A stretch of DNA of 64,000 nucleotides from Geosiphon pyriformis uo1 (GCA_016748015.1 JAAOMT010000254.1:124001-188000); one strand, 5' to 3'. Counted from the first letter of the stretch, positions 1 to 14,000 are shown. A program made the numbers and translations. Notes: generated from the letters alone by a model not told the origin.

Positions 1-59
1 TCTGGTATGATAAGAGTCTCCAAATAGTTTTTAAGATTGTTGTAATTTCTGGGATCCAT
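1..59 (-). pseudogene. Start of stand-alone integrase ORF of A1 (MDPRNYNNLKNYLETL...)
   Basis: ATG at 59, 56 nt after the RNase H stop (116-118); homologous to the A2 integrase start MNSENYNNLKQYLET. Confidence 0.8.
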
Positions 60-115
60 TGTTGCTTTGTTATTTGTTGGTAAGTTGGTAAGTTGTAATA
101 GATTTATTGATGTTA

Positions 116-1330
116 TTAATCTTGTCTCATTCTGGAAAGGCTATCAACATTTGTGTGTAATTTTCTTGGTTTGTGGTATACAATATATTTGTAATCTGCT
201 AGGAAGTTATTCCATTGAGACTGTTTAACACTTTGTTTAGTTTTCTTTTTATTGAGCCATTTGAGGCCAATATTGTCAGTTATAATATCAAATTTTTTTT
301 TATTCTTCAGATATTGTTGAAAATGTTTAAGAGCCCAAATGATTGTGGCAGCTTCTAATTCAGTTAAGCCATATTTGAGTTCTGTTGATTTGAGTGTTCT
401 ACTAGCATAGACAATGACTTGCTCCTGGCCATTTTTATTCAATTGTAATAGGATGACACCAAATGCTATGTGTAAAACATCAGTGACTAGTTGAAATTAT
501 TTGTTAAAATATGGGTAAGCAAAAACTGGGGCTGTTGTTAGTTTTGTTTTGAGAGTTTCAAAAGCTTTCTGTTGTTCTTCAGTCTATTTGTATGGCACAT
601 TTTTGTTGGTGAGATAATTGAGTGGTTTGGCAATTTCTAAGAATCTTTTGATAAATTTCTGATAGTATGAGGCTAATTCTACAAATCCTTACAACTTTAT
701 GGTATTTTTGGGTGTTTGGAAGTTTTTGACAGCACTGATTGTTCCAGAGTTTGGTTTGACTCCATCTTTGCTGACAATGTGTCCAAGAAAAATTAAGCTT
801 GTTTTTCCAAAGTGACATTTCTCAATGTTTAACTTCAATTCTGCTTTTTGTAATTATTGAAAAACTTCTCACAAGTGAATAAAATGGGCTTCAAAGCTTG
901 GTAAGTATACATCAGTGTTATTAAGATAGACAACTACTGATTGCCATAAGAGTCTTTTATATACAACATCCATGAGTCATTGGAATGTTGCTGATGTATT
1001 GCAGAGTTCAAAAGGCATAACATTGAACTCATAGTTCTCTCCTTGAGTGGTGAATGCTGTTTTGAGTCGATTTTTTGGGTCCATTTCGACTTGCCAGTAT
1101 CTACTTTCCAAGTCTAAAGTTGAAAAGAACTTGGCTTTTCCTAAGACATCCAACATATCATCAATTCTTGGAAGAGAGTAGGCATCTTCAATTGTTATAT
1201 TATTGAGCTGATGATAATCTACACAGAATCTGATTTTTCCGTTTTTTTTTTTAACAAGTACTACTGGTAAGGCCCAAAGACTTCTTGATGGTTGAATCAA
1301 TCCATTATTGAGCATTCTTTGGACTTCTTC
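116..1330 (-). pseudogene. Reverse transcriptase-RNase H of A1 (disrupted)
   Basis: ORF fragments 977-1315 (RT) and 116-442 (RNase H ending HTNVDSLSRMRQD*). Confidence 0.93.
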
Positions 1331-1964
1331 TCTGATAAACTAGTGGCTAGTGGGTGGAACTTGATAAGCTTGTTATTGTTTTAGCAGAGCATCTTCTGTG
1401 TGGATCTGATATTGAACAATATCAGTTTTTCTAAGGTCATTGTTGTCTTTTGCAAAAATATCTGCAAATTCAGCTATTAGCTGTTTCAATTGTCTTTGTT
1501 GTTGGGGTTCTAAGAAACTCATGTTGATTCTAGAGAGTTTTTCTTCTAAAAGATGGTAGTTTTCAGTAGTAGAAATGATGTTTGGATTTGGAAGTAATGT
1601 ATATCTTATAATTTCGATGAAATTAGAGACAATTTGAGGGTTTTCATCTTGAAAGATGTTACTGTATATGATTCTAATCTCCAATTTGTTCAATAAGACA
1701 ATAGGGTAATTATTGGGGTTGTAGAATGTAACTTGAAATTTTTTCGTTCTTTTGGGAATATAAACATTTGGAATTGAGATTTCATGCTTTAAACAGATTT
1801 GTTTATTGGAATCAAAGATTTGTTGAGTAGTGGTGGGTTTTGAACAAGTGTAGATTTCGTAATGTTCACCAAAAAGTGAAATGATAATTGGTTGGAGAAG
1901 TTGAAGAATCTGGTAAGATTCATTCTGTATATTGAGAGCTATATTTACTGAGACTGTAAATCGT

Positions 1965-2390
1965 CCAGTTGAACCAAAACCTTGCATTTCTCTTTTACAT
2001 TTTTCCAATTGTTCTCTGTTGTTAACTGATTGTAAACCCGAAATGTTGATTAAGAGTAAGTAAATTGCTTGGGCAATCTTTTTGACATGTTCAATCCTGA
2101 ATGGTTTGTCTGTTTTATTCTACAACATAATAGTAATGTCTCCAATATATCCTGCATCTATAACTACTCCTTTAATGTTGATTTCTTTGCTTGCCAATGA
2201 TGATTTGGATGCAATTTGAATCATTGCTTCAGATATAATTTCAAGGGCAATTTTGAAGTTGATTTTTGTTAAAGACTTTGGTTGAAGAACCAAAGTATCT
2301 TTGCCAGGATATCTGAAATCATATTCTGCATCAATTTCGTGGGCTTTTTCTGGTTTTATTCCTTGCCCATTGTTGTCAAAGTATTTGAGT
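1965..2390 (-). pseudogene. dUTPase domain within the A1 pol
   Basis: Trimeric dUTPase motifs DAEYDF (1), ASKSSL (2), GVVIDAGYIG (3), KIAQ (4) and REMQGFGSTG (5). Confidence 0.85.
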
Positions 2391-3375
2391 TGTATAGCAG
2401 GCTGGTTTTTAGTAAGATAGATTGGTGTTGTTGTGGTTTTATTTTTTGTTTCTGGTTTCCCAAATTCGATTTCTTTCTGGTCATTTTTACTGGACAGAGG
2501 AATGTTAAGAGCATAGCATTCTGGACAACATTTGTCATCACAAGGCATGATGCATTTTTCACACAATTGAATGTTCATTTGCTCTAATCATTGAATTTGA
2601 GCTTCTTGGATTGGATAAGTGTGGCTTGCAATTTGGTGGTATGTTTCCACTTCATCTTTATAGTTGAATTCAGCTAATTCCATTGTATACTTAATGTATT
2701 CAGTTTTTTTCATTTGGCAGACATCTTCTTGGATGGCTCTATTGATTAATGCCATTGCCAAATCAAAAATCATTTCAGCATCATGAAAGTAGTAATAGAG
2801 TTTGTTGAGAGCACTGTTGTATGTTGCATCAAATGGTGTTCCTCTTCTGACTTTTTCCGAAATTGATAGAACATATTGACAGGTTTGATCACATACTCCT
2901 CCTCTCATTGCAACATCAATCCAGTTGCATTCTTCTGGTAGCATATCTCCACATGTAAAACAAGGTGTGTTGTCCCATTTTCCACTTCTTTTTGAGGATT
3001 CAAATCGTTTTTTATGGCATGCTTTGCAGAAGTAGCAGGTGTGAGTTTCATATTCTTCTTCTGAAGAATACAGGCTCTCATAGATAAAAGCTTCTTTTTG
3101 CAATCTTTGCATTTTAGTGGAATATATGGTGGTTTTCTTTGTGGTTCAGATGTGGAATATCTAACTTTCTTTCATTCTCTTGATTTTTCAAAAATCTTTT
3201 GTTCTGTTTCCTCAGCCCAATTGGATGTTGATCCAAGGGCCATATAGGTTTTGGTAAGTGGCATTTTTTTCTCCTCTTTAAATTCAAACACTAGAGCTTT
3301 TTTTGATCATTTGTTGAAAGTTCCACAAGTAGCAGATATTATGGTGTATTGTTCTTGGTATGAGATTTTTAATTC

Positions 3376-3700
3376 CTAAGTTTCCCAGTCTAAGTTTGTA
3401 TTGGTTTTAAGAAGCCAATCATTTTTAATAAGAGCTTGGTATTGGGGTACATCCATAACTAAAACTTTAACTGGAATAGTAATTCCATTAATGGTAAATG
3501 AAAAGTTGTTAATTTCTCCTACTGGTGTTTTTTTCATACCATCTGCTATCACAATTACTGTTTGGACTGGTTTGTCAACATTTCGACCAAGTTGTTGCAT
3601 TAATTGGTATGTGATAATACTTCCAGCTAATCTACTGTCTAGAATTAATCAAATGGGTTTTCCCTCTACTGTAGCTTCAGTATAGATGGCAGTGATAGCT
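3376..3700 (-). pseudogene. Retropepsin aspartic protease of A1
   Basis: LILDSRLAGS (degenerate D-S-G) and C-terminal ALIKNDWL; homologous to A2 LILDSGSAGS. Confidence 0.85.
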
Positions 3701-4038
3701 TTTTGTTTATTAATTACTGCATTACTAAGCAAGAATGGTGATTCATTTGCTTCAAATTCGAATGGAAATATATTTGAAAGATTAGCATTTTGGGCAATTT
3801 GGGCTGGTGAAATAGTGTTGTTGAAAGAATTTGATCTTAGTGCTGCAACTTTACCTTCAGAAAGTGCAGGTTGTTGAAAATCCAATTCTTCTTACATTGT
3901 TAAATAACTGGGCTGAGTGTGATAGTAATTGGGTTTTTGCTGACCAGAATTTCAGAGAACCAACTGGTTATTTGGATTGATTCTGTTGTTGTTTGTTAAA
4001 AAACGATTTTGTGGTGTGAATTGGTTTTGTTGTACCAG

Positions 4039-4901
4039 TGTTACAGATGATTATTTGGAGTCTCAAATCAAATAACAAATTCATAACTTGGTGCTCAATC
4101 TCTTGACAATGCTGGTAATACTGATATGTTGGTTGTATTTGAAGATTTTAGAGTTAATGAGTTCTTTGTATAATGGACAGAGATTCTTTGTTTAGGTTAT
4201 TTACAGTTTTCTTGTAAGTTGTTTCCCAATTTTTTTCTCAGCTTGGTGGCTGAATTTATTCTGGCATTCGTGCCTTTTTGGTAAGCTATTTGTTAATATA
4301 TATATAATTTTACTCTTATTTCTGGGTCTTTTACTAGGCTATCTGTGACGTTAATTACTTGGCACTTTAATCCTTAATCAGTTAGTATTCAACAAAAAAA
4401 AATGAGCCAAGGCAATATGCAAGTTAATATCTTGTTAATAGTCATAATTAAGAGCTATTGTTCCAGCATAGTTAAATATCAATTACTATCAACATAAAGT
4501 ATTGATAGTAGAGAGTGGATTTGAATAGTAGATAATTTATTTAATGTTTATGGAAAGAAGATTTCTAACTTTTGATTCTAATAGAAGGATTTTTTTTTTT
4601 TGTATTTTTAATAATTATGATTTGCGAGTCTAATTGATTCTATAAGTCTAATTGACTCTGCAAATTAATTGACTTTGAGTTTCTTTGACTAATTTTCTAA
4701 CTTCTGATACTACTACTATATATACATAATTTGAGTTCTATAAAATTGCTCACATTTTCGAGCAATGTTCTATAATTTTTCAAGCAATGTGCCATGATTT
4801 CTGACATTGCTTCACATTGCTGAGCAATGTACTTACATGTTAACTATTACTTTTTTATTGGTCTACTGTTTTCCTATATCTGTTTTTTTTTATGAGTAAC
4901 A
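4039..4901. mobile_element. Solo LTR related to family C, inserted in the A1 gag
   Basis: TGTTAC...GTAACA termini and 4-bp TSD ccag/tcag. The A1 gag is continuous across it. It shares the block taagagctattg...aacataaagtatt with the LTR at ~19840-20527. Confidence 0.8.
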
Positions 4902-6600
4902 TCAGTCTTCTGGCTGGTATTTGATATTGTGGAGTGAGTGGTATTTGATATTGCTGAATTGGTAAAGGTTGCTGATATTGTTGTTGCATTAGTTGTGGAG
5001 CTGGTTAATAGTAATTGTTTTGATTTTGTGGTCTTAGTGAATAATGAGTTGGTAGTAAAAGTTGGTAATAAGATTGTTGTGGTGAAGGGTAACGTTAATT
5101 ACTCCTGTTTTGTTGGTCTCTTTGCAATTTTCTGCAATCTTGTTTCCAGTGTCTTGGAATTCCACAATAATAACAATTTTGAAATTGGTTGTTAGATAGT
5201 GATCCAAAGCCATTTTGGTTGCATTGTTGTAGAGGTTAATATCTTTGTGGTGGTTGTTGCTGTTGTTGTTGGTTTGTAAAGTAGCTTTTAACCTTCTTTA
5301 TGAGTTAGTCTATCTTTTTTTCAGCTGTTAAGCTGGTTTCTTTAATAGCCAGATTAACAAGTTTGGTGTAGTTTGCTTCTTTTATTGCCATTTCATAGTT
5401 TTTTGCATGTCTAATGGTAGTTGCTAAGTTTGCTGGTGCATGTGGACAAACTTTTTTTATCAATTTGTTTTTTAATCTTGCTATAAACTGATCCAGAATC
5501 TGAGCATTGGAATAGTAGTTATTGGTTTCTAATTGTTGAATTCATTGATAAAGTTTGTTGAATCTCCCAAGATAGGTCATAACAGTTTCAGATGTCTCTT
5601 GTTTGATATTGTGAAAGCAATTGCAGAGAGTAATAAAGGTGTTGTTGTTGGTGAATTGTTGTAAGAAAGGATCTTTAAATGCTTGCCAGTTTTCAAATAG
5701 TTCTTCTAAGTTTTTAAACCATTCTCCTGCAGTTTTTTGGAGAAAATATGGAATTGCTTTGAGCATTTTTGCTGCATTCCAACCATTTGCATCTCCTGCT
5801 TTCTGTACTTTATCAAGCCATTTTTGAAGACTGATATCATTGTCTTTACCAGTGAATTCTGGAATCTTTGCAATGTAAGCAGTTGCTATTTCTTCTTTGT
5901 TTTCTGTAGTTTCTTTTTGTTTTGACTTAGTTTCTTCACTTTTCAAGTTCTCTGAATAATTACTTTTGTTTTCTTGTAGGTAATCAATAATATTGGTGTT
6001 GGTTGATATTGGTTCTTGCTGTTGAGTAAGATTTTTAGGTGACTAAAAATCTTCTGGTCTGGAAAAATGGTTAAGTAGTAAATTTGGTGTTTGTGATTGA
6101 GCAAGTAAAATTAGAAATAGTGTAATAGAAAGTGGTAATTTGACACTGGTTCTTTGTTCAGGTGTTTGCAAGTGTTTGGCAGTTGTTTTTGGTAGTATTG
6201 AAGTATTTGGAGTCGTTCTTAAATATTGTTTCACTTTTTGTTTGCCTTTGTTGCTTGTTTCTGTTTCTGATTCAAAGTCAAGAGAGTATTTGGGCTGTAC
6301 TGGGTATTTTTCTTCACAATACTCAATAATGTTAAAATTAAGTTCTTGGAAGTAGATAACAAGTGTTTTACTGTTCAGGTCTTCTGTTCTCAATTGTAAA
6401 TAATGTACTAAATTATTGTAGAGGTTGTTTCTGACTTCTGAAATGTTGTAGCTTCCAAAAAAATAGTTGTTGATGCAATTTTTAATGTATTAGTATAGTG
6501 ATTTCTTAAAAATTTCAATTCCGTCTTGAATGTTGAATCTTTGCTTGCAGTGTGTATAGATTGACTGATAATACTCTAAAGTTGTTGTGTCTAGTGTGGT
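4902..6600 (-). pseudogene. Gag of A1 (N-terminal extension, capsid, zinc-knuckle remnant)
   Basis: IPEFTGKD..WLDKVQKAGDANGW capsid-like motif, Q-rich C-terminus and degenerate CYYCG..GHWKRDC. Confidence 0.85.
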
Positions 6601-6634
6601 CGCTATTTTGAATTTGTTGTTGTTGTGTTATTTT

Positions 6635-6649
6635 CATGGGAGAGCACCA
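6635..6649 (-). promoter_or_regulatory. Primer-binding site of A1 (TGGTGCTCTCCCATG)
   Basis: Begins TGG 2 nt after the LTR end and is complementary to a tRNA 3' end ...GGGAGAGCACCA. The same motif is in A2 at ~57800-57815. tRNA identity not assigned. Confidence 0.85.
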
Positions 6650-6651
6650 AA

Positions 6652-7619
6652 TGTTACCAGAGGTTTTTGGTCTTTTTTTTTGAATGTTATTAATGTTGAT
6701 TTGCTGTAAATTCATGTTTTCAAGAAGTAGTTAGACCTCCAATAACTTTTATTTTCAAATTATCTCCTATAATTTGAACTGCTGGGGTTATGAATAGAAT
6801 AACCAATTCTTTGCCAGTTACTTTATGTAGTTACATTGTAGTAAACATCAACTCTTTTCCAGGAATTGCTTGTCTGGAAGCTCACTAAAAATGTGTAGTT
6901 ACTTTGCTGTAAAATTCAATTCATCTACAAGAATTTTGTCTGTAGACTACCCTAATGATTATGATAAGAAAATAAAAGAAAAATAAAAGAAATGTAAAAG
7001 AAATAGAATTTTATTAAGGGAAACGTTTTCTATTCAAGCCTGGAGTCACTAACAGTTTATTGTAATTGGTAGCTAATCAATTTCAAAACATTAGTTGTGT
7101 TAAGGAATTTCAAGTGTAATAATTTAAGGATATGGTTTTCGAATATTTAATTTTTATTTGAATGTGTAAAAGATGATTTGTTCCAATTAAGATATCTAAA
7201 GTAAGATACTATGTTAAGATACTATGAGAAGATACATTTTTTTGAAAAGAGAAACTCTTTTTTTATACAACTTGTTGTAGTACTAGTCTTTGAACTTGCA
7301 CTTTTTTTTTGGCTATAATTTGGGTGAACTAAAGATACATTTTGGCAAACTACAAGTTATTTCACTGAACTATTTGATTATTTCGGCCAATTTTCATTAA
7401 TTTCGGCGAATTTTGACTATATTAAATAGTTCAGAGTATTGTGTAATTTGATCATCTTAATTTCTAGAGTACAAATCGAATTATTAATTGAGTAATGATA
7501 TTTGATAATTTGATTAAATAATAAATAATAATCGAAATAATAATACTATATGCTAATTGATAATAGAAATTATAAGAGTAATTTCGTGCTAATTAATAGC
7601 TAAAATTCTACTGATAACA
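6652..7619 (-). repeat. 5' LTR of A1 (~968 bp)
   Basis: TGTTACCAG...CTGATAACA termini; homologous to 12803-13772 and 57818-58799. Confidence 0.93.
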
Positions 7620-9800
7620 ACAGAAATCAAATGACCAGAAATCTTATCCACTTTCAACACATAATAAGCCAAAAAATTATCCATAATTATAGCAACTTCA
7701 GCACCACAAAAACCAGCATCCAAACCAGTAGTGAAAACTCGGATTCTATTAAACTTATTCATAACTCAAGGCCTAATATTAGATCTCAATTTTGTTTCAG
7801 TAATAATAGAAATTATATTATTCAAGTTCTTATGCCAATAAACAATATCTTTTTGTTTAGCTAAATTTGTCATATTCCTAATATTGCATGTAGCCACCCT
7901 CCAAATAAGCTTACTCATTGAGACAAATAATGCACTAAAGAACCCAAATTTGCACACAACAGATCCAATTTCTCCAAAATTAAGCCAATAGAAACTTCAA
8001 AAGCCACCATCTTAAATTCCAAACTGCCAACTTTAAAAATAAAAACTTTTAAACTACTCAGATCCAAATCCACAATTTTGTCTTCTAATACTGAAGAAAA
8101 AGAAAGAAGAAACAACTGTGAAACATCCAGAACCATATTAGTACCTAATATTGACAACACAAGAACAAAAACAACTGGAAGTATAACATAAGAAACAGAC
8201 ATCAGAGGTACCAACTCCACATTATTTAATCTGCACACAATACTTGATACTTGATTAGCTAGCAATTCTAAGAAGTGTTTCAGAGAGGCCAATTATGTAC
8301 TTAAAAAAGAATCATCATTAGAAGAAAAAAAAAGCCCACCATTGGAATTTGAAACACCAAAAAAGAGACCAGAACCAGAACCATTGAAAAAATCAAGAAG
8401 AACAAATGCTGCTAAGACCACTTGTGCTCAAGATTTGCCATCAAAAATGGCAGAACAAAAGATAGAAACACTTTTCTTAGTATATAACTTGGCCAGCTGA
8501 AGACAATTTGTCTTAGAAACAGACCTCTTAAATAATTTTGAAAGCTTAAGAGCAGCCTTACTTGTAGCATTACACTCCAAAGCAGAATAACTATACTTCT
8601 CATATTTTTTACACCAAATCAGATTCAATCTTGCCCAAGAGAGTTTAATACCATTTAAGATTGACTCAGTGCAATATACAGACTTTATATCATCTTTTAA
8701 CTCAAAACCAACTACCAGTATAGTAAATTCTATTACCAGAATCCAATAATCAATTGATAATACAAGTTTTTCCATCAACTCTTTCCAAAAGAGTGTCCAA
8801 ATTATAAGCAGTTGTTCTCACAAACAAAATAAATAACAGAGTTCTAAACCAATCTCTTAATGTCTAAGTATTACAATTTCCTATAGTTATAGCCATGTGT
8901 ACTGAATTTTTTCTAATTAAGAAGAACTATTTAGCTGCCAATTGTTCAATCTAACTCAATTCGGCAAATTCTACCACAGTCTTCTATTACATTCCAATCA
9001 ACTCAATTTTGATTAACTGAATTTTACCAAATTTGAATACTGCAGTAATAATCATTTTTTTTGGTGTGTTTATGGAAATTTCTTTGATGATCACAGTCTA
9101 GATCTAAATGCATTTTTTGTTTCTTAATATCTATATTTGCAATGATCCCATTTTCTTTGATCAATAAAGCAGTCTTTTTTATGCTAATCTCTGAAGTGAA
9201 GATAGATCTAATGATCCTTTCAAATTTTAAGAGGATAGTGGTCCTTCCAAAACCATTAACAACTAAAAAAATTTTCTTAACAACCTGAGTTTTCATCATT
9301 ACTAATTTCTCTTCCATTGTTAAGAGATTAATATCCAAAGCAAAAAATTTCCTAATAGGCACCTTAATCTGAGTTTTCATTACTTTGGAATCAATCTATT
9401 TTTTGTTAAAAAAGATATTGAGAGGAAAGAAAAGATAAAACAAATTCTTATCTATTCCAAAATTAATAGTATTAACAAGAGAACTACTAAACAACTTATT
9501 ATTGACTCTTTTAGCTTTGGAAGTTGTTGCTGCCAAACTGAGAAAATAATCATTATCTGAATTTATTGTAGTACTACTAAGTTTATTATTACTAAACTTA
9601 CTGTTCATATTCAAATACATGCCATTATTGACACCAGATTTGGTCAGAGAAATTTTTTTTTATCATCAGAATGCTTAATATTGCCAACAGAAATCTTCTT
9701 CTTTTGAGAAAAAGTATCACCAATAGAACCATAAAGAGCATTTTTTGAAGCCTTTTTCTTAGACATACTGCTACTTGAAACAGCCTCTAGATTCATCACA
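7620..9800 (-). mobile_element. Non-LTR (LINE-like) retrotransposon remnant: ORF1 plus start of the ORF2 APE endonuclease, cut by A1
   Basis: ORF2 begins ~7918 MSKLIWRVATCNIRN...IITETKL (APE motifs xxNvrG and QET-like). Upstream ORF1 fragments include KFFALDINL...NGFG. Confidence 0.75.
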
Positions 9801-10074
9801 AAAGGGTTATTAGCTTGAAAAATAATGAAAGTAATAAAACAAGTAAGATAAAAAACAAAAAACTTTTTTTTTAAAAAATAGCTCTTTAGAGAATTTGGAT
9901 GAAGAAAAAAAAAGAAGTTTTTTTTTATTGTAATATTTTTTTATTATTATGAATTTAATGAGTATGATCCAACCACCATCTAAAAATTAAGACTAAACTA
10001 AGTAATCCAGGGCTAGATATAATTCATGTGCTTACTATATGTAACCAGCTATTCGAGTCAGTTTAGGCTATACT

Positions 10075-12162
10075 ACACTGATACATCAAAAGAAAACTTA
10101 TTCAAAGAAGACATCTTTTGAACAATCTCAAATAATGTAGCATTATTACTAACCAAACTAACTAACCACTTAGCTGTTTTAAAGGCATCAGCCTTTACAA
10201 CAGCAGATTCATATTCTCAAAGAAACATCAAATTAGAAAACATATCATCATCAAAAGATAACAAACTTACATAAGGGCCAGACATATCAATGTTTTTAAA
10301 ACCACACTCAGCTTTCAGAATGACCACTTTTCACTCCAACTTACCAACAGCTCTGCTAAAAGTACTTATGTGAACCAAAACTTCATTGACTTTAAGACCA
10401 AGAGCAGAACTTAAAACCAGATTACTATTAACAAATTGTTTAAAAACTTTGAACATAAAGTCAACAGGCTTAATAATAGATTCAACCAAAACAGAAAGCT
10501 TGGCCAAATTAGATTCCAAAAATGCCAGCCGAAAAGACATCAAAGAATTTTCAACAATCACAAGAAAAGCAGAAATTACCAAAGAAGAAAACTCAGAAAA
10601 AACAAGAAGAACAAATGCCTTTATATAAGACAAAAAACCAACAAAATGTGGTTTAAACACCTTGGAAGTCTTAGAATGAGGAGGTGGAGCAATCTTGTAG
10701 TTCACAGCCAAGTAGTTTATCTCTTAACACTGAAAACAATGCCAGCAACCAGGGGTTTCCCACCAGATATGGCATTTTTTTAGTGTACCAGTCTTTAGTA
10801 TCACAGCATCCAAATCAACCTGAAAACCAAATGTAACCAGAGCAAATTGAGAACAATGACCAGACTCAGAAGACTGGAGAATGAAACATGTCTGACCACC
10901 AACTTAAGAAATCATATTACTAATTTTAAAAGCTGTGCAGCCAGAAGAAAAATTAACCAACTTGGTCTTAAATCTATAATAAAACAAAATAGTTTCATTT
11001 TAATTTACTAAAGGGAGAATTCTAATACTATCTTTACTTATCAAAACTAACCAGTAATTAAGAACAGTTGTAATAGCATCCAAATTCTTAAAATAAACAA
11101 CAACATATTGCCAAATACCAGCAGGTCTTGATTGAATACAAAAAATTTCATTAAAAACACCAAAAGCCATCTTAATATTAGCAACAGATATATCCAAAAG
11201 CACATCACACAATGTAATAGCAACAGAAAGGAAGCCAGACTCAGAAATCACCAAAGACTTGGCAATTTTAAGAGTAATAAGACAAACAAAACTTGTAAGC
11301 TCAACCAAAAATGCAGTATTCAAAGAGTTTTGGAAAGCAAACTCCATACAAAAAAGCTTTACATTATTTTTTAAAACAGACTTTGCACTCAAAAAACCAT
11401 GCACAGATTGAAATACAATCTTAATATAAACCAGTTTGATCTTGAAAATAGCATTAAGCACCAGAGTGAAGGCCATCTATTCAGTAAATCTTTAATAACT
11501 AGTAATAGTTTCTTAAGCACCACCAGAAGTAGCACCAAAAACCAAAAGAGGGGATGATTCAATATTTATTTGGTCAGCCCAGTTCTCAAGAACAGATAAT
11601 ACCACAGGAGATAATTGTTTTGTTTTTAAAACCAGTGATGATCTGCCAGAAAACATTATATTTGGCAATACAGCCAGTAATTAATCTTGGCCCATCTTAA
11701 ATAACATACCAGATAATACAACAGAGATCTTATTTGAGATCTTATTTGGAACCACAAAAGAGTTCGGTATAACAATAGCAGAGACAAGCAACTGTCCTCA
11801 CTTTTTTGAACTTTTGGTCTTTTTGACCATTTTCTTTGAAGAGGAGATGCTAAAAGCACCAAATATTGAAGCTATGGAGAAAAATACTAACTTATTAACT
11901 GGTGTATTATTAAACACTTTTAACCTCTTAGTAGAGGTAGAAACAACATTGGAACTAACCCAAGTGTGTCTCTTTAAAAGAACTTTGACTGGTAAAAAAC
12001 CAGCCAATGATGGGAAAGTTGCTTCAATAACTACCAAAAGCAGCTTTTCATGATTACCAAATAAAAGAAATACTTCTAAAATGTTCTGTCTGGTTGCTTC
12101 TACAACAGAAAAAGCTTTTCTAATTGAAATTTTATTAGATATCTCAGGAAAAATATCAAGTA
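10075..12162 (-). pseudogene. LINE-type ORF1/gag-like protein remnant (second type); first ~10 codons lie at 17526-17555 beyond the pogo insertion
   Basis: Fragments 11000-11476 and 10331-10711 with a Cys/His knuckle (CHIWWETPGC..CF.C...YLAVN). The frame MIRAKSKKAI-LDIFPEISN is restored when 12163-17527 is removed. A homologous decayed copy lies at 28400-30330. Confidence 0.65.
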
Positions 12163-12639
12163 CAGTGAATTTTCTCTATAGTTCCTTTGGTTATAGTTAC
12201 TATCTTTTTATAATTACATTTTTTTAAAAACCAAAACCATTTATATATAATATTATCTCTTTATAGTCACTTTTACTATATATATCTTTTTATAGTTCCT
12301 ATCTTCACAAATATAATAGCAAAATATAAGTAATTTCCACTCTTTATAGTCACACTATAATCATATGTCATCTCATATTTAATTAGACATGTAAGGTATC
12401 TCAAATTATAAAAGGTGCCCCAAATATTATTTTAAAATATTGACCCTATTTTGCATTTAAGTATTGCAATAATAAGACTTATATTAATCTATTATTGTTT
12501 GCTTTATTTATTAATTTTATTATTTTATTGGTATAATTTTAAAAGTTACAACAAGCAAATTGGTATAAAATAGCATGTTCTGTCTTGTCTTAGTGACAAA
12601 TATTGAATAATTGCCCAAGCCACTAAGTAAATTTATTTA

Positions 12640-14000
12640 GCATTGCTGTGATAATTGCCATAACTATTCAAAGGTAAGTGAAGTAAATTATCATTGTTAC
12701 ATTGATTGTCAAGACTATCCAAAGGTAAATGAATCTGATTATTATTGTCATATTGATTGCCATAACCATTTAGAAGTAAGTGAATTTAATTAATATATTT
12801 GTTGTTACCAGTAGAATTTAGCTATTAATTAGCATAAAATTACCCTCATAATTCCTATTATTAATTAGCATATATTATTATTATTTCAATTATTACTTAT
12901 TATTTAATCAAATTATCAAATATTATTACTCAATCAATAATCCGATTTGTACTCTAGAAATTAAGATAATCAAATTACACAATACCTTAAACCATTTAAC
13001 ATAGTCAAAATTCGCTGAAATCAATAAAAATTGGCCGAAATAATTAATAGTTCAGTAAAATAACTTGTAGTTTACTAAAATGTATCTTTAGTTCACCCAA
13101 ATTGTAGCAAAGAGAAAAGTGCAAGTTCAAAGACTAATACTACAGCAAGTTATATAAAAGAAAAGCTTCTCTTTTCAAGAAAATATATCTTCTCACAGTA
13201 TCTTAACATAGTATCTCACTTTAAATATCTTAATTAGAACAAATCACCTTTTACATTCAAATAAAAATTAAATATTCGAAAACCAAATCCTTAAAATTAT
13301 TATACTTGAAATTCTCTCAAACACAATTAACATTTCGAAATTGATTAGCTACCAATTTCAGTAAACTGTTAGTAATTCCAGGCCTGAATAGAAAACGTTT
13401 CCCTTGATAAAATTCTATTTCTTTTACATTTCTTTTATTTTCTTTTCTTTTCTTATTATAATCATTAGGGTAGCCTACAGACAAGATTCTTGTAGAAGAG
13501 TTAACTTTTACAGCAAAGTAACTACACATTTTTAATGAGCTTCCAGATGAGCAATTCTTGGAAAAGAGTTGATGTTTATTACAACATAACTACATACAAT
13601 AACTGGTAAAAAATTGGCCATTCCACTTATAAGCCCAGCAGTTCAAATTATAGGAGATAATTTGAAGATAAATTCAGTTATTGGAGGTTCAATTACTTCC
13701 AAAAAACGTGAAATTAACAACAGACAAACAGTGACAACATTCAAAAAAAGAGACCAAAAACCTCTGGTAACATTGTGTGGATTGTCATAACTGTCTAAAG
13801 GTAAGTGAATTACTATTATTGTATTGATTACTAAGACCATCTAAAGGTAAATGAATCTGATTATTATTGTTGCATTGATTGTTAAGGCCATTAGGAGGTA
13901 AGTAACTAAATTATCATTGTTATATCAATTTTTAAGGCTATTGGAAGATAAGTGAACTGAATTATTATTGTCATATAAATTGTTGTGACTGTTTGGAGGT
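12640..14000 (+). repeat. ~51-bp tandem repeat array (about 8 degenerate units) split by a solo LTR
   Basis: Unit approx. attgattgccaagaccatccaaaggtaagtgaatctgattattattgtcat on both sides of 12803-13772. Confidence 0.8.
12803..13772 (+). mobile_element. Solo LTR, family A
   Basis: TGTTACCAG...CTGGTAACA termini, perfect 4-bp TSD TTGT and no PBS after it. Confidence 0.95.

Larger units (their letters stand above)
1..7619 (-). mobile_element. Ty3/Gypsy LTR retrotransposon, family A copy A1 (degenerate; 3' part runs off the window start)
   Basis: On the minus strand: 5' LTR 6652-7619, PBS, gag, aspartic protease, Cys-rich region, dUTPase, RT (LVKKKNGKIRFCVDY, FSTLDLESRYWQV), RNase H (YASRTL, ELEAA, ITDN) and integrase start at 59. 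Many in-frame stops. Confidence 0.95.
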
